DNA of 54,967 nt, the filler included, from Trypethelium eluteriae (Eukaryota): NCBI GenBank assembly GCA_051942245.1. It is 4 parts of 4 records of this genome, joined end to end, with 100 filler letters (N's around TTAATTAATTAA, not from the genome) between each part and the next. Parts side by side here need not be neighbours in the genome. Positions count along the whole stretch, not along the records: positions 13,803 to 27,469 come from JAVECL010000721.1; positions 27,570 to 41,221 come from JAVECL010000722.1; 2 more parts are not named here. One strand, given 5' to 3'. The notes below the pieces were generated by a model. The model worked only from the letters and a program-made list of their open reading frames with translations, did no database searches and was not told where the DNA came from. Shown here in pieces: positions 23,802-36,701 of the stretch. The position numbers were made by a program, and so were the translations under genes. Every line of letters starts with the position of its first letter. Positions within the stretch are counted from its first letter, which is position 1.

Positions 23802-26674
23802 ATGCCAAAGTCCCACCGCTCGTTCCACAGCGCCACCAGTGTAGATACCGGCGACGATCTGGAGAATGAATTTGGAATAGCTTCAGAGGAACTCCTGGAG
23901 ACTCGACCTCCCCTGTCACCCACAGCGTCGAGAAAACTAAAGTCCACGCGTACATCTGACCTCAATCTGCGGAGTCGACGACCCAGCCAAGTCAACATCC
24001 ATGATGAAAGAGCGCCGTTGCTGAGTCACAACTTTGGTCCAACCCGACCCTATACTTCAGTGCCTTCATCGACACCGGGCACGCCACGACCCTGGCTTCC
24101 GAGACGCCAAAGCGGGTCGGCCAGTGTACGGGTGCCACGGAATCTCACCAGAGCTGGATCATGGGCTTTCAGCCAAAGACTAGTGAACGCGTTGAGCTCC
24201 CAGGGAGACGGTGCAGCAGGTAAGTCGAGAGCCCTGAAAAGTGTCGCCAAACTTGTAGGACATGGCTAAGACTGGTTCACTAGATGGCAATATCGAAGAG
24301 TCGAAAGCCTCTCTCGTGCGGGACGATAGGGGCTGGTACGATCAGTTCACTTCCACCGACTGGGTACACGACAGCATAGCGGATGCATTCCGAATGAAAG
24401 AGCTGCGCAGTCGAAAAGATATCCGTGGTCGCTTGATCGCTTGGTTTGATGGAGCGCAAGGTTGGATCTTAGTAGCCATTATTGGCTGTCTCACAGCGTT
24501 GGTTGCATACACGGTCGATGTCTCAGAAACAGCTGTGTTCGACTGGAAAACAGGATACTGTGCTGAGGGATGGTTCCTCAGTGAAAAGCGATGTTGTGCT
24601 GGAGCTTCGATCTGCGATGCCTGGAAACCCTGGTCTTACCTGATTCGAAATCCACATCTAAGCGATAGAACGGTGGAGTATCTCGTATTTACCGCTGCGG
24701 TCGTTTTCCTCTCAGTGCTGTCCTCCCTTCTCACCCTCACCACTAAGACTGTCATCTCCTCCTCGGTATCCTTAGCGACTCTTGATGAAAACCTTGGGGC
24801 CGAGACTGGGAAGGAAAGCAAGTTCGATGATGAACACGAGCAGGATGGTATCAATAAAGCAGTGAGCCCTGAGCGGCGCGTTCAAAATGCTCCACAGAAA
24901 CCACCCATGATCTTCTATAGCGCTGCTGGCAGTGGGGTAGCAGAAGTCAAGGTCATCAACAGTGGATTCGTTCTTCACGGTTATTTGGGATTGAAAACGC
25001 TCACGATCAAGTCGCTAGCTCTCATACTTAGTGTCGCCTCTGGATTATCTCTTGGAAAGGAAGGACCCTTTGTCCACATTGCGACGTGTATTGGAAATAT
25101 TGCATGCCGTCTGTTCTCCAAATATAACCAAAATGACGGAAAGAGACGTGAAGTGCTCAGTGCAAGCGCCGCAAGCGGTGTCGCTGTTGCCTTTGGCGCT
25201 CCCATTGGTGGTGTTCTTTTCAGTCTGGAAGAAGTCAGCTATTACTTCCCTCCGAAGACGCTTTTTCGGACTTTCTTCTGCTGCATTATCGCAGCTTTAT
25301 CCCTCAAATTTTTGAATCCATATGGAACTCAGAAAATCGTCTTGTTTGAAGTCCGTTACCTTACCGATTGGAAACCATTCGAAATGATAGCATTCATTCT
25401 GGTCGGTATCCTGGGTGGTGCAGTTGGCGCACTCTTCATCAAAGCATCTCGATTTTGGGCACAGACCTTTAGGCGGTTACCTACTATCAAGAAGATGCCA
25501 CTCCTGGAAGTGACTTTGGTTGCGCTTGTCACTGGCCTATCAAGTTTTTGGAATCGATACACTAAACTTCCGGTTACTGAGCTGCTCTTCGAGCTTGCGA
25601 CTCCTTGCGATGCTTATTCAGAGGACGGGGACGGGCTATGCCCGTCAAACGAGCGGATCCCCGAAGTCATTCGCATGCTAGCAATTGCCTTCATTATCAA
25701 AGCAGTCCTTACGACGATTACCTTTGGTATAAAAGTACCTGCTGGAATCTATGTGCCGTCTATGGTTGTCGGAGGTCTACTAGGTCGCATCGCTGGCCAC
25801 ATTGTACAATATCTGGCTCTCAACCATGCTGACACGGGGCTTTTTGGAGCATGCAGTCCTGACAGCACCCCTGAGTCTTGCGTTGTACCAGGCGTCTATG
25901 CCATGGTTGGCGCAGGAGCAACGATGTGCGGCGTGACGCGACTGTCCGTCACGCTCGCCGTTATTCTTTTTGAACTTACAGGCAGTCTTGATCACGTGCT
26001 ACCATTCTCCATTGGTGTGCTGGTTTCGAAATGGACAGCAGATGCTTTGGAACCACATAGCATTTATGACCTTCTTTTGGAAATGAACTCGTACCCTTTC
26101 CTCGATAACAAAGTCCGACCAGTCTTTACTACCGAGCTGGGCGATATCACCCCCCGTGTCCGCGAAGAACGCCTTATCGATATCTCGCATTCGCCACTTA
26201 TTCCTGCAAAGGCACTGCGTAGTAAGCTTGATTACCTGCACTCCACAGGTGAACTTGATGGTGGTCTGGCCATCGTCCGGAAGGGTATCTTGACGGGTCT
26301 GATTCCAGGTCCCGATCTTGAGTACGCACTGGATAAGTTGAGAAATGAGGACAAGAGTTTGTGTCTGATGTCCACGCAAGTGCGGTGGAACGGGGAAGAC
26401 GAGCCGGAAACGGAAATGGATCCCACTGACTTTACGCCTTACATTGATCCAGTAAGTCATCCTTCCTATGACTGACACAATATCCAGAAGACTGATCATG
26501 TTACAGGCTCCCGTTGCGTTGGATATCCACTCTCCTATGGATCTCGTCTATGAATGTTTTGTTAAGCTTGGTCTCCGATATATCTGTGTCTTGCGCGATG
26601 GGCACTATGCGGGACTCGTGCATAAGAAGGCGTTTACCAAATATATTAAACAGTTAGAAGAAAGCGGGCATTGA
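23802..26674 (+). CDS. CLC voltage-gated chloride channel / Cl-/H+ exchanger with CBS region
   Basis: Signature motifs AAGSGVAEVK, LGKEGPFVH (gating Glu), GGVLFSLEEV and KVPAGIYVP; C-terminal CBS (FVKLGLRYICV). Introns ~24220-24283 and ~26452-26506. Confidence 0.95.
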
Positions 26675-27123
26675 GCGATCATGCCAAGGTGCGGCAGCAT
26701 TTCATTGGTGTCTTGACTTTTGTTCAATGTTAGGCGCTGGCTGGGATTCAATGCTGAACTTGAAAGTTCGTCGATGATGGAGATGATAAAGTGTGAGGGA
26801 ATGCAGATATTGGATTTAGAGTTATACTTTGGTAGATATTGCGTCCCTAATTAAAGGCTCGGCGTGCATTCGAGATTTACTTCGGCATTCTAGACCTACA
26901 GAGGTCCTCATTCCTCCAAAGGTCAACTAAACAGCCATGAAAGACTTGGGTTGGACGAGCGTCCCAGCTTTCATTGCCAAATCTGGCGTGCTACTTCTAG
27001 CTCTCAATGCATCTCCGTAGCCACCCTCTCGGCATCGAGGTGGTACGAATTCGTTCCTTCTCCAATTCTTAACAAGTTTCTGTCTCATGGAGCATGCTTG
27101 AAGAGTCCCCTTTATTAGCCCAA

Positions 27124-27469
27124 TCACCCTATCTTATCCAGCAGCCGCCTCCTCTCTCTTTCGAGTAGCTCTTCCTGAACTTCCTCCGCCGTGGGAACCC
27201 TCCAATCTGGAATCTCCTCCCACTCTGCTTTCCCTTTGCGTTCCATCTCTCCTCCTGTGTCCACCAACTCCGCCTCTGCCATCAGCCGCTCAAAATTCTC
27301 CTTCTCTACCCGGGCCTCATATGCCAACAACTCCCCATCCTCCTCATCCAGGTTATACCCATAATAAGCGGCATCCACCGCCTTCCTCATCTCCGCCCTC
27401 TTCTCCCCTCCCTTGGCCACCTCACCCTCCTCCTCCCTCCTCTTTCCCGTCACCTCAAACATCTCCTTC
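27124..27469 (-). CDS. ISY1: Pre-mRNA splicing factor Isy1, C-terminal part (5' lost in gap)
   Basis: KEMFE...VDAAYYGYNLDEEDGELLAYE...WRVPTAEEVQEELLERERRRLLDKI matches the Isy1 C-terminus as I recall it. Confidence 0.85.
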
Positions 27470-27569
27470 NNNNNNNNNNNNNNNNNNNNNNNNNNNNNNN
27501 NNNNNNNNNNNNNTTAATTAATTAANNNNNNNNNNNNNNNNNNNNNNNNNNNNNNNNNNNNNNNNNNNN
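27470..27569. other. Artificial contig-join spacer
   Basis: 44 N + TTAATTAATTAA (27514-27525) + 44 N. Confidence 0.97.
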
Positions 27570-29980
27570 GAACCTGAAGCCGGGTATGAAGGTTGAAGAT
27601 CTTCATGATTCGTACTCGAGGAGAAATTTCCGCGTTGTTATCATCCAGCCCGAGGAAGTTGAGCAATTGGATTTGAGTGATCCAGCCACAGCGCGACGGC
27701 AATACTACACCTTTGACAAGTCGACAGGGGGATGGAATCACCAGGAGCTATGGCCATAGCTGTAGGAAATTGGTGGCAGGTGGAAGCCCGGCGAGGCAAA
27801 AAATGCCGACATTCAAGTTTAGAATATGAGCAAAATCCTTTAGTCTCAAAAGTCCTTGTTAGAGCTAATGGAGGGTGAGAGGATAGCCAAGATGTTTTGA
27901 GATCCTTGCCCCCGCAATCAGTTCAACGTATCTGCTCAATTAGTGTGTGGACTAGCTCCAGCCCACTTGGCCAAAGCTGACTGCCATGTGCTCCTAAGTA
28001 TCGAGCTAAGTGAAATATACAACCAATTCGGGGAAAAGTTCCGGGATCAGGCAAAACCGCTGCACATAAAGCTCAGCTGAAATGTGCATAAATGGCACGA
28101 TTGAAGCCCCGGTCGACTTCATAGGCGATCCTACGAATGGAGAACCTGCAAGACATTCGACCATTCCATGCTCCCGATTGCTTCAAGTCTCGTCTCCTTT
28201 TACGTCTTGATTGGCTACTGACCTAGCCATGCGTATATTGAACGTCGGTTCACGTCCCATGCATTAGATTGATGAATCGAATAACCATCAAATACCAGTG
28301 CAGTGAGTGGATGCTATGTGGCCCACAGTGATGCAATTTCTACCCTTCGGAAACCGGAGCTAGATTTACTCGGACCATGGAAAGGGGCATATGCACTATC
28401 AGTGCGTTATGTGGTCATCTGCCTCATCTCGATTCTTGGTAGCAATAGTCGGAGTGACATAACCAGGAATACCTCGACTCGATGAGAGGGGGCGGTCCGC
28501 TGCAGGACAAATTGGTTGTGCAGAAAGCAGATAAAGTGGCCTGAGGTCCCTGGTAAGGCTGCAATACTTTCTACCACACCTCAAATAGCCCAACGTCAGT
28601 TGCCTCGCTGACGCTGTGCCGTGCGTTGGCGCGACATAACTGTGCCGTATTCTAGTCCGCTAGCCTGCCCTCTTTTCTCCACAAACGCTGCTGACTGCCG
28701 TCTACAACGACATCTCCATCGGTGTTAATGCTGGCGGGAAAGGGGCTGGTGGCCTTATAACTAGAATCCGCGAAGATGACGGGTACCAGGTAGCTCTTCC
28801 TATTGACCTCCGGAAGCTGGAGATCAGTGCCATTCCACATGGCCCCGAATCCCTCGGGGTCTCCTGGACTTGCCGACCCAAGCAATGATGTTCAATTTTT
28901 CCTGCTATGGTAGGAAGGTTGTAGCAGAACGAGGCTTGATAGGCTGCTCACCCCTGTGACGCACGCGAGACATTTGACACCGGCTCGTGATCGGCGGACT
29001 TGCGGCAGTGGATTCGACGGATCCATGGAGCGTTCCGCTGCGCACCCCTTGTTAGCGCGGCCCGCAATTGGCTGCTCGATGCGAATTTGCAGAAATGGAC
29101 GCCAAAATGACGGAGGAACGAGACGGCTACATGCGTGAGAGGTGAAGCCATTAAGACTTTGGCTTGATGACGGCGGAAGAGGCGCCAGACTTGGCGTGTT
29201 TGCGATGTAACAAGTCTAAGATGCAGTATTGCGACTCTGCCATGGATTCTCAGTCGTCTTCCTGGATGTAAGTTTCCGCGCAAACCTAATTCACCAAACC
29301 GATGTCATGGATCCGTGGTGACCAGATGCGGGCAGCGCGCCGAGGTGTTTGAAGAATCATGACAGCACAAATACGGGCCATGAGTTGGTGCTGGGATCTT
29401 GATGAGGCAAATGTCTGAGAGTGCATGCGTGATCTGACCAAAGCATCTAAAAAGGACGAAGTGATGGAATTATGCCAACGAGATATAAGCAGGAGCCCTA
29501 GTCATCATGCTCGGCGGGGTCTGTACAGGGTGGGGAGGAGTGCAGGGAGGGCGTGCAGCCAGAATAATTATGTACCAGGAGTACGGAGTAGTGCTGCAAT
29601 GTTTGCCAGGCGCCGCATCCGTCCAGTGCGTCCTAGCGAAGGACCCTGGCACTCTCGCACCCTGGCACCCTGGCCCTTCCATCTGGTCCCGCCGCCAGCA
29701 CTCAACCTTGAAGTCCAAGCACCCAAGCACCCGAGCACCAGCCAGTCCACTCCAGCTCAGACCGCTCTTAATCCTCCACACTTCCATCATCGTTTTCCTT
29801 AACACTAATCCTATCCGCGTTCCTTAATAATATGTCAATTGTCATCTCTCGCTCGACCGGCGTGAGTTGACTGGCAACCTAATCTCACCCGGTCATCCCG
29901 CTGGTGAACATTTCCTTCATCTTTCCATTCACCATTCGTTTCCTTAGCCTGGACGTCCGAACCCTCCACCACAGTGAGCC

Positions 29981-31030
29981 ATGTCCGAGGACAAGGTAAA
30001 ATGCTTCGAGTATCTCCACGATAACGTTCCTTCCTGGATATCTTCACTATCACACCTCGAAAAAACAATCGATGAGCGACCAAAAGAGTACACCGGCGCC
30101 AGAACTCCGGCTCTTCCTTCTCGACGACGGACCGGCTCCACCGAGACACTTCGTGTTGAACAAGCAAGACCCGAACCCAACCCATCCACAGCTGCACGTT
30201 CACCGTCTCCTAATAACCAAACACCCCAAACTCCGCAGACTGGCCCATCATCACAAGCTACCGCTCAGCACCTCGAACCCCAACAATACTTTCAACCCCG
30301 GAAACGGAAACCAGCGTCCGTGCTCTCCATCGGAGGACGCTCTGGTCCGACCAAGTATCGTAGCCGCAGTCTGCTGATAGTGTACTATGACGGCGACGTT
30401 CAAAAGACGTTCGAGCACCTCGTACGGTGCATCGGTACCGGCCGGAATCTGATACGGAAAGGCAAGCTGGCAGCAAGGCTAGAAGCTCTAGCGGAGATGG
30501 CACCTGATGACAGCGATGATGATGATGATGAAGACTGTGGGGATGATGATTATGATTTCAAGGGCATGCACAAGATACAGTTCACACCCAGGTCAATGCG
30601 GTCGCCCAGGAGGATACCAAGTGGTACGCTCGGTCCAAGGATTGGCACCACCACGGCTCCTGTCATTTATGATCGACTAGACAAGGCTCTCGAGCGTACG
30701 CAAATGATGTGCGAGAAGGCAGCACATCAATACTTGCGTGACGGAGATTGCCGTCTGGAAATCAGGGAAGCGAAGAAGAGTTTAGAGGAGGTCATCAAGC
30801 TAGTTGAGCCTGAATATGTGAGACTATGCGAAAAAGAGAACGTCGAACCGGAGCCTATGATCGAAGAAGTTCCAAAAAATTCGGAAGAAAAAACTGATGC
30901 CGCAAAGGTGGTGAGCATGGATGAAATCGAAGTCGACGATGAGCCGGATGATGATATGGAGATTAAATTATCATTCCCTCGTGCTAATCGGCGAATGCAA
31001 CTCGAGGTAACAGAGGGCATTCGTGCATAA
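29981..31030 (+). CDS. Conserved fungal hypothetical protein (349 aa)
   Basis: Intronless ORF in good ATG context. Helical conserved-looking blocks KYRSRSLLIVYYDGDVQKTFEHLVRCIGTGRNLIRKGK and LDKALERTQMMCEKAAHQYLRDGDC, an RKRK NLS-like motif and an acidic tract. Confidence 0.85.
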   Translation: MSEDKVKCFEYLHDNVPSWISSLSHLEKTIDERPKEYTGARTPALPSRRRTGSTETLRVEQARPEPNPSTAARSPSPNNQTPQTPQTGPSSQATAQHLEPQQYFQPRKRKPASVLSIGGRSGPTKYRSRSLLIVYYDGDVQKTFEHLVRCIGTGRNLIRKGKLAARLEALAEMAPDDSDDDDDEDCGDDDYDFKGMHKIQFTPRSMRSPRRIPSGTLGPRIGTTTAPVIYDRLDKALERTQMMCEKAAHQYLRDGDCRLEIREAKKSLEEVIKLVEPEYVRLCEKENVEPEPMIEEVPKNSEEKTDAAKVVSMDEIEVDDEPDDDMEIKLSFPRANRRMQLEVTEGIRA

Positions 31031-31588
31031 GAAAAAGTGGACTGTTGGTAGGGACGTATTCTCTGAACAAGCGTTCGAGCGATTTTTTTTTTTTTTTTTT
31101 TCTCTTTGATGGCCTCGGAGCAAGCGTAGCGGCATTGGGACTTAGCGAGGTGTTTTGGCCGGCGCCTCTTTTTTTGGGGGGAAGGTATTCCATGGAATTG
31201 CTGGATCGTACTCACTGAGAAGGGGGGGATCTGCTTCGCTGTGTGACAGTGTCCAAGGGGAGAAAATCCACATGGCTACTCTACATATGCTTCGCATGCT
31301 CTTGAGACTCATCTTTGAAGTATTTTGGCGGGCTCTCTTCCCGACTCGGCTTATCAATTCTCGATGGGCAGTGTAGGTTTTTTGTCAAAAATCAAATCAC
31401 GTCATCCCATTGCGCTCCTTCCTCCTATACTAAACGACCACGTGCAGACGTTCGCCTTTCGAGCTCAGAGAAGGTGGGCACTGATCACTTCGCGTCGACG
31501 TGTGTTATCGCTGTTTCTTAACACTGTAGCTTCTCACCTTGTCTACTTTCACTCTCTGTCCCTTGCACTCCTATCACTCCAATACGTC

Positions 31589-33871
31589 ATGGCTGCACAT
31601 TCTCAAATTCATGACAGCAGCCCGCTCCCTACTTCAACTCAGCATAAACATCGTACCCGTGCAAGCACCGGCGTCGCCCAGAAAGACGTGCTATATTCTG
31701 CAAAGTACCATCCTATGGATGATGTCACGCGTCCAACCCAGGCGCTGAAGCACAAGACCCGTTGTACTAATAGAGACATCTCGGAAATGCAACACAATAT
31801 GGACGAGTGTGGACAATTCTCTGACGGTGCAGGCAGCAGGAGGGTGGCTGGCTTTGCATTAAGTTCTGATGCGAGCACGGCAGTGAATATCGACGAACCT
31901 ACACAATCGATCGAGCACTCTTCCACAGGATACTCACTGAGGAAGCGGCCGGCGATTGCGCCAAACTACAAACAGTCATGGCACCCGCAAGATGAGGACT
32001 TAGCCAGGGACTGGGGACGATCCAGGGCGTCGAAATTGGATACACCACAAACACAAATGGCCAGAGGCAAGAAGTGCAACCCTATGCTTGACCACAGCAA
32101 TGGTGAACGCTTTGAACACAGCCAATCAACTAGACGCTTGAAACATGTCGCAACCAGGGATGATTCTGAACTCCTTGGAGACGGCAATGTTGATACCACA
32201 CAGTGGCAGAATGCAGCTGACGAAGATGCAACCGGTCTGTATCACGGCAACTCTATACATCCTGCGGAACCCAGATTCAAGAATCGGCTAGTGATCCCCG
32301 ATAGCGAAGGAGAAGACGACTGGGACACAGCCGATGAGTACACGAACATGCAAGGAGACGATATCCCCATTCTACACTCAAATCTCCGAGACGGAACCGC
32401 GAGTGGTTACAACGAGGCAGAAGGGACAAATGCTGATGAAGCTGGAGATGTTGACCTTATTCAGACTGAAGAACCCTCAAATACGAGCGAACGACTCGTG
32501 GACACTACAAACAACCCATCTCAGAGTGCCGACAGGCCTAAAACCACGCCTACTCGCAGGAACGAGCAGCTCATTATGCGCGGAAGTCGAGACATTATGC
32601 TGAACGACGACACCCGAACCGATGAACATGACAACCCCGAGTATTCACCTACTAGTGGGACGTTTAACGAGGATGTGACAGAGAAGAGTCGGCATACGGA
32701 GGGGTCAGGTGATGGCAACCCTTGTGGTGCTTGTCGTGAATATATTCGATTGCGAGCAACAGCTCTTCAGGCTCTAGAATTACAAATTAATGCTGAAGAT
32801 GGAACATCCAGGATTCCGGACGGCCTGTTCCCAACGCAGATACAACAGGATTTGTCCACGGCAAAATCTGATACCGAGGAGAGTTCGGCCTACAATGGAG
32901 CCACCGCCACCAATACTCAAGCAGGCGCTGTCAATGACACGCGTCCGGGAGATTTGGCGCAAATTGAAGAACCCACTCAATATGAGGTGCCATCATCACG
33001 CCAGCTCAGGTACGTCGAACCGTTTGAAGTATTCGAGCACCCAAAGGGCAAGTCGTTCTTCAAACACCTCAAGGACTCAGTATTTGAGGGGAATGTGGAC
33101 AATTTCGAAACATGCAGTGACGAGAGAAGCGAGCTTATCGAAGAGACTGTCTCTCCTGCAAGCCATGAAACCAGCAAGACCCACGACCTCGAGGCTAACA
33201 ACCTTTCTGTTATGCCAGAGGGAGATGAAGAGTTTGAAAGCAGTATGGCTAGTAGCGACAGTCACAACGGCGATCAAACTGCACGGGAAGAGATCCAAGA
33301 AAATCAGTGTCGTGAATTGTCCGAATCTAGACGGAGGCTTAAGAGGCGTTGGGAAGCTCGTGAAGCCTCTCCAGACACCTCGTTAGGAAGATATCAGAGG
33401 GGGAAAGAGCGGAAAACGAGAGATCGGGAAGATAGAATCAGATTATTCGAGGACCGAGGGAAGAACAGAAAGAAATCCAAGGGCACTTCTCTTGATATTG
33501 TTGTCTATGAGGAATCCGAACAACAGCAGTTTGTGGCTTGGTTCGTACATTTGATAGATTGGGCCCCGATTTACAACGACTATGATCAGGAGAATGTGGA
33601 AGTTGGCCTTGACGGACAAGCGACGGAGCCTCTGCAGCAAGATCCGACAGGTCATGTGAGTGCAAAGGCGGAGGAAGATAGGTCGAGCGCTGACAATGAG
33701 CGACAGATCCCTAACACTGCCGTTCATGTCGTACAACAGATGGGTCCTAATGTTCAAGAGCAACCCCCGCCTACGATTCCAAGTCTCTTCGGGCCATTCT
33801 CGACAGAGGCAAATGTTGTCCCTCTCGCGGCGTTCGATCGCAATCGCCTCAATGGGCATGGCTTGAGGTAG
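31589..33871 (+). CDS. Hypothetical, largely disordered acidic protein (~760 aa)
   Basis: Long stop-free ORF; likely start MAAHSQ at 31589. Repeated Y..x[YW]HPxD motif near the N-terminus. Confidence 0.75.
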   Translation: MAAHSQIHDSSPLPTSTQHKHRTRASTGVAQKDVLYSAKYHPMDDVTRPTQALKHKTRCTNRDISEMQHNMDECGQFSDGAGSRRVAGFALSSDASTAVNIDEPTQSIEHSSTGYSLRKRPAIAPNYKQSWHPQDEDLARDWGRSRASKLDTPQTQMARGKKCNPMLDHSNGERFEHSQSTRRLKHVATRDDSELLGDGNVDTTQWQNAADEDATGLYHGNSIHPAEPRFKNRLVIPDSEGEDDWDTADEYTNMQGDDIPILHSNLRDGTASGYNEAEGTNADEAGDVDLIQTEEPSNTSERLVDTTNNPSQSADRPKTTPTRRNEQLIMRGSRDIMLNDDTRTDEHDNPEYSPTSGTFNEDVTEKSRHTEGSGDGNPCGACREYIRLRATALQALELQINAEDGTSRIPDGLFPTQIQQDLSTAKSDTEESSAYNGATATNTQAGAVNDTRPGDLAQIEEPTQYEVPSSRQLRYVEPFEVFEHPKGKSFFKHLKDSVFEGNVDNFETCSDERSELIEETVSPASHETSKTHDLEANNLSVMPEGDEEFESSMASSDSHNGDQTAREEIQENQCRELSESRRRLKRRWEAREASPDTSLGRYQRGKERKTRDREDRIRLFEDRGKNRKKSKGTSLDIVVYEESEQQQFVAWFVHLIDWAPIYNDYDQENVEVGLDGQATEPLQQDPTGHVSAKAEEDRSSADNERQIPNTAVHVVQQMGPNVQEQPPPTIPSLFGPFSTEANVVPLAAFDRNRLNGHGLR

Positions 33872-35262
33872 GAGATAATGCGTCTTAGGATATAGCTTAT
33901 CGCTTGATCGGAACGGATGCATGAAAGGCGAACATAGCGAGTTTGGAAGAGAGTTTACCTAGATAGCTAAAATAATCAATATGAGTGAGCAATTTCGAAA
34001 TCTCCAATCGAAGAACGCCTCCTCTCGAGATCTTACTGAGGGCCTCCCGAGGCACAAGCAGCTGGAATAGAGTATCGCATCAGAGAAATGTCCAACAAGT
34101 CTTTGCCCAATATCCTCCGATGCCCTTCTCCAGATGAGTTGTAAAATCCTGATTGGGGGTCTCCCCGACTCTGGAAGGCTAAAATAGGATTTGAGCAATC
34201 TTGCGTGGACTCTTGTTTTGTTAACAAATTCTTCGCTACGATAGTTGTATGTATTTATGTATACATATATGTTAATGAGGGAACCCCAAATATTTGGAGA
34301 CCGAAATATCGGCCATCTCAATCCATGGAGTACCTTGCATCTTATTACTTGAAGATTGTACGCATGCAGATGGAAGCACTCACACATGACGCCGGATGGC
34401 CGTCCCGAATAAGCAGGAGCTTCGACCACTGCGATGGATTCATGCCCTGTCACGCCCATTCATCCCATCAGCGTCTCTCCAAGATGCCCGTGCAGTTACG
34501 TTCTTATCTGGGATCTCCGGGCAAACTCAATAATTACCCCGCCAGACCGACTCCATCCTGACTGCTGCGGGCAGAGCAGCGACCAAAGCATCCTGCTCGG
34601 CCGCCTGAGCGGTTCGTGCACCTTACGGACGACCCTACCTTACTCCTTGCACCGTCAAATGACCTGCATCTTGGACGAGGAGGAGGGCCGATGATATGGA
34701 ATACCCGGTGCTCGGACTGTGCGCGCGACCACGATGCTGGCTTGAGAGTTCGTCATTGGGCACACAGCTTCAGGGACGAAGCAAGATTTTGGCGACGTAC
34801 AGAGGGGCAATCACACCAGGGTCCGCGCCTACTGACGCCGATCCTAGGCCATCATCAGCCTACCGTTCCCGAACGAGGCCTGTTTAGACGCTTGAAGACG
34901 AGCTGCTAGGCCTGGCTCAGAGCGCTTCTATAGCCTTCTATGGGCAGGTGAAACGGTGTTGTTTCCCAAATATGGCTGGAGTGTCTCTGAGGGAGCCTGA
35001 GTGAGGGTTGGAAAGGCGACCTCTTGGATTGTAGTGTCAGTTCACGGACAGGGGTACCGAATAGTGTATGTCGGAATGGAATGCAGCTTTACTCTGATCT
35101 TGGGTGGTATATACACATGGTGGGCCTCGTAAGTGACTGCTCTTCTCTCTTCATTCCTTCAGGTGGCTCTTCTCTGGGGCCCTTCTCTTTGCCCGTTCGC
35201 CTCTTGTATATAGAGCTAGAAAAGAGTTCTCGTTCGCTGTCTGTGCCAATAATCGTATCAAG

Positions 35263-36159
35263 ATGCATTTTCCTACCACTACCCCAGCCCTCTTACTCTC
35301 TCTCCTCTTCGCTCCCTCGGCCTTATCCGCCCCCTGCAACGGCTACGATGAGCTCTGCTCCCGCAGCTACAGCAACATCACCTTCATGGGAACCCACGAC
35401 AGTGCCATGGCCGGGTCCCATGACAACCAGTTCAACGATCAGGAGATCTCCCTCACAGACCAACTCAACATGGGCATCCGCTTTCTCCAAGCTCAGACCC
35501 ATTACACGGACGGCCACCTCGAGATGTGCCACACCACCTGCATACCAGACATCAGCGACGTCGGGCCCCTAAGCGACTACCTCACCACCGTCAAGACCTT
35601 CCTCGACGGCAATGCCAACGAGGTCGTTACCTTACTCCTCACCAACGGCGACTACGTCCCCGTCGGCAACTTCAGCGACACCTTCGCCTCCGTCGAGCTC
35701 GACAAGTACGCCTTCACTCCGTCCTCCTCCCCGCTGCCCATCGGGTCGTGGCCGACACTCGGGCAGCTCATCTCCGACAACACGCGGCTGGTGGTGTTCC
35801 TCGACTATGATGCCGACGTCTCTGTCGCGCCGTACATCCTCGACGAGTTCGCCTACTTCTTCGAGACGCCGTATGATGTGACGGACGCGTCGTTCTCGAA
35901 TTGCAGCATTGATCGACCTGCCGGCGCGTCGGCGGAGGGGAGGATGTATCTGGTGAATCACTATCTGGATAATAGCTTTTTGGGCATCGATACACCGGAT
36001 TATGATGATGCGGGTACAACGAATGGGGCGGCGAGTATTAATGCGAATGTGGCGGAGTGTGTGGGGAATTATACGAATAATCCGAATGTGATTTTGGTGG
36101 ATTGGGTGGACAAGGGGGATGTGATTAGTGTTGGGAAGGCGCTGAATGGTCTTTCTTGA
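35263..36159 (+). CDS. Secreted PI-PLC X-domain / PLC-like phosphodiesterase
   Basis: Signal peptide, CNGYDELCSRSYSNITFMGTHDS, QLNMGIRFLQAQTH, MCHTTC, EVVTLLLTNGD, FETPYD...CSIDRP, NHYLD, PNVILVDWV. Confidence 0.93.
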   Translation: MHFPTTTPALLLSLLFAPSALSAPCNGYDELCSRSYSNITFMGTHDSAMAGSHDNQFNDQEISLTDQLNMGIRFLQAQTHYTDGHLEMCHTTCIPDISDVGPLSDYLTTVKTFLDGNANEVVTLLLTNGDYVPVGNFSDTFASVELDKYAFTPSSSPLPIGSWPTLGQLISDNTRLVVFLDYDADVSVAPYILDEFAYFFETPYDVTDASFSNCSIDRPAGASAEGRMYLVNHYLDNSFLGIDTPDYDDAGTTNGAASINANVAECVGNYTNNPNVILVDWVDKGDVISVGKALNGLS

Positions 36160-36701
36160 TGAGGAGACGACGGAAAGACGTATAATGAGTATTGCATTGG
36201 AAGGCGTTGGAAAGATTAATGTATTGGATAAGAGACGGATGGCATATTGACAGGATACTGCTAGGGATACCTACAAATCTATCATTTATAGACATAAATC
36301 AAATTTTATTCGGTGATAGCTCCTTCGAACAAGACACGAGGGAGAAGAAGAAGCTCAAAACCCGAAAATCCCTGTTCGTACTCCGTATCCTATATTCTAT
36401 TACCGTACACCCCACCACTAAGTACTCCGTATTCCGTACCAACAACGCCAATATGCAGGGTCTTGGATCTGGATGCAGGCTCGGTGGTCGGGCTCCGAGC
36501 TTATTTCTTTTTCCATGCCTCAGCTCAAGAGGGGCCTTACAGAACCGAATAAAATCATTCGCCTTCCTCACTCATACTCCTCTACCTCGATCGAACTTTG
36601 CTTGGCTTTCTCTGCTTATCTAGACAGCCTCTGCTATAAAGCTACTGATCTCTCAACTTGACAAGCTCCGGACCCCCACCACCTCTCTTAACCACCCCAC
36701 C

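Noticed and set aside
31083..31180. T19 tract and T/G runs
   Set aside because: Ordinary 3' UTR/intergenic homopolymers; no target-site duplication or retroposed body evident.
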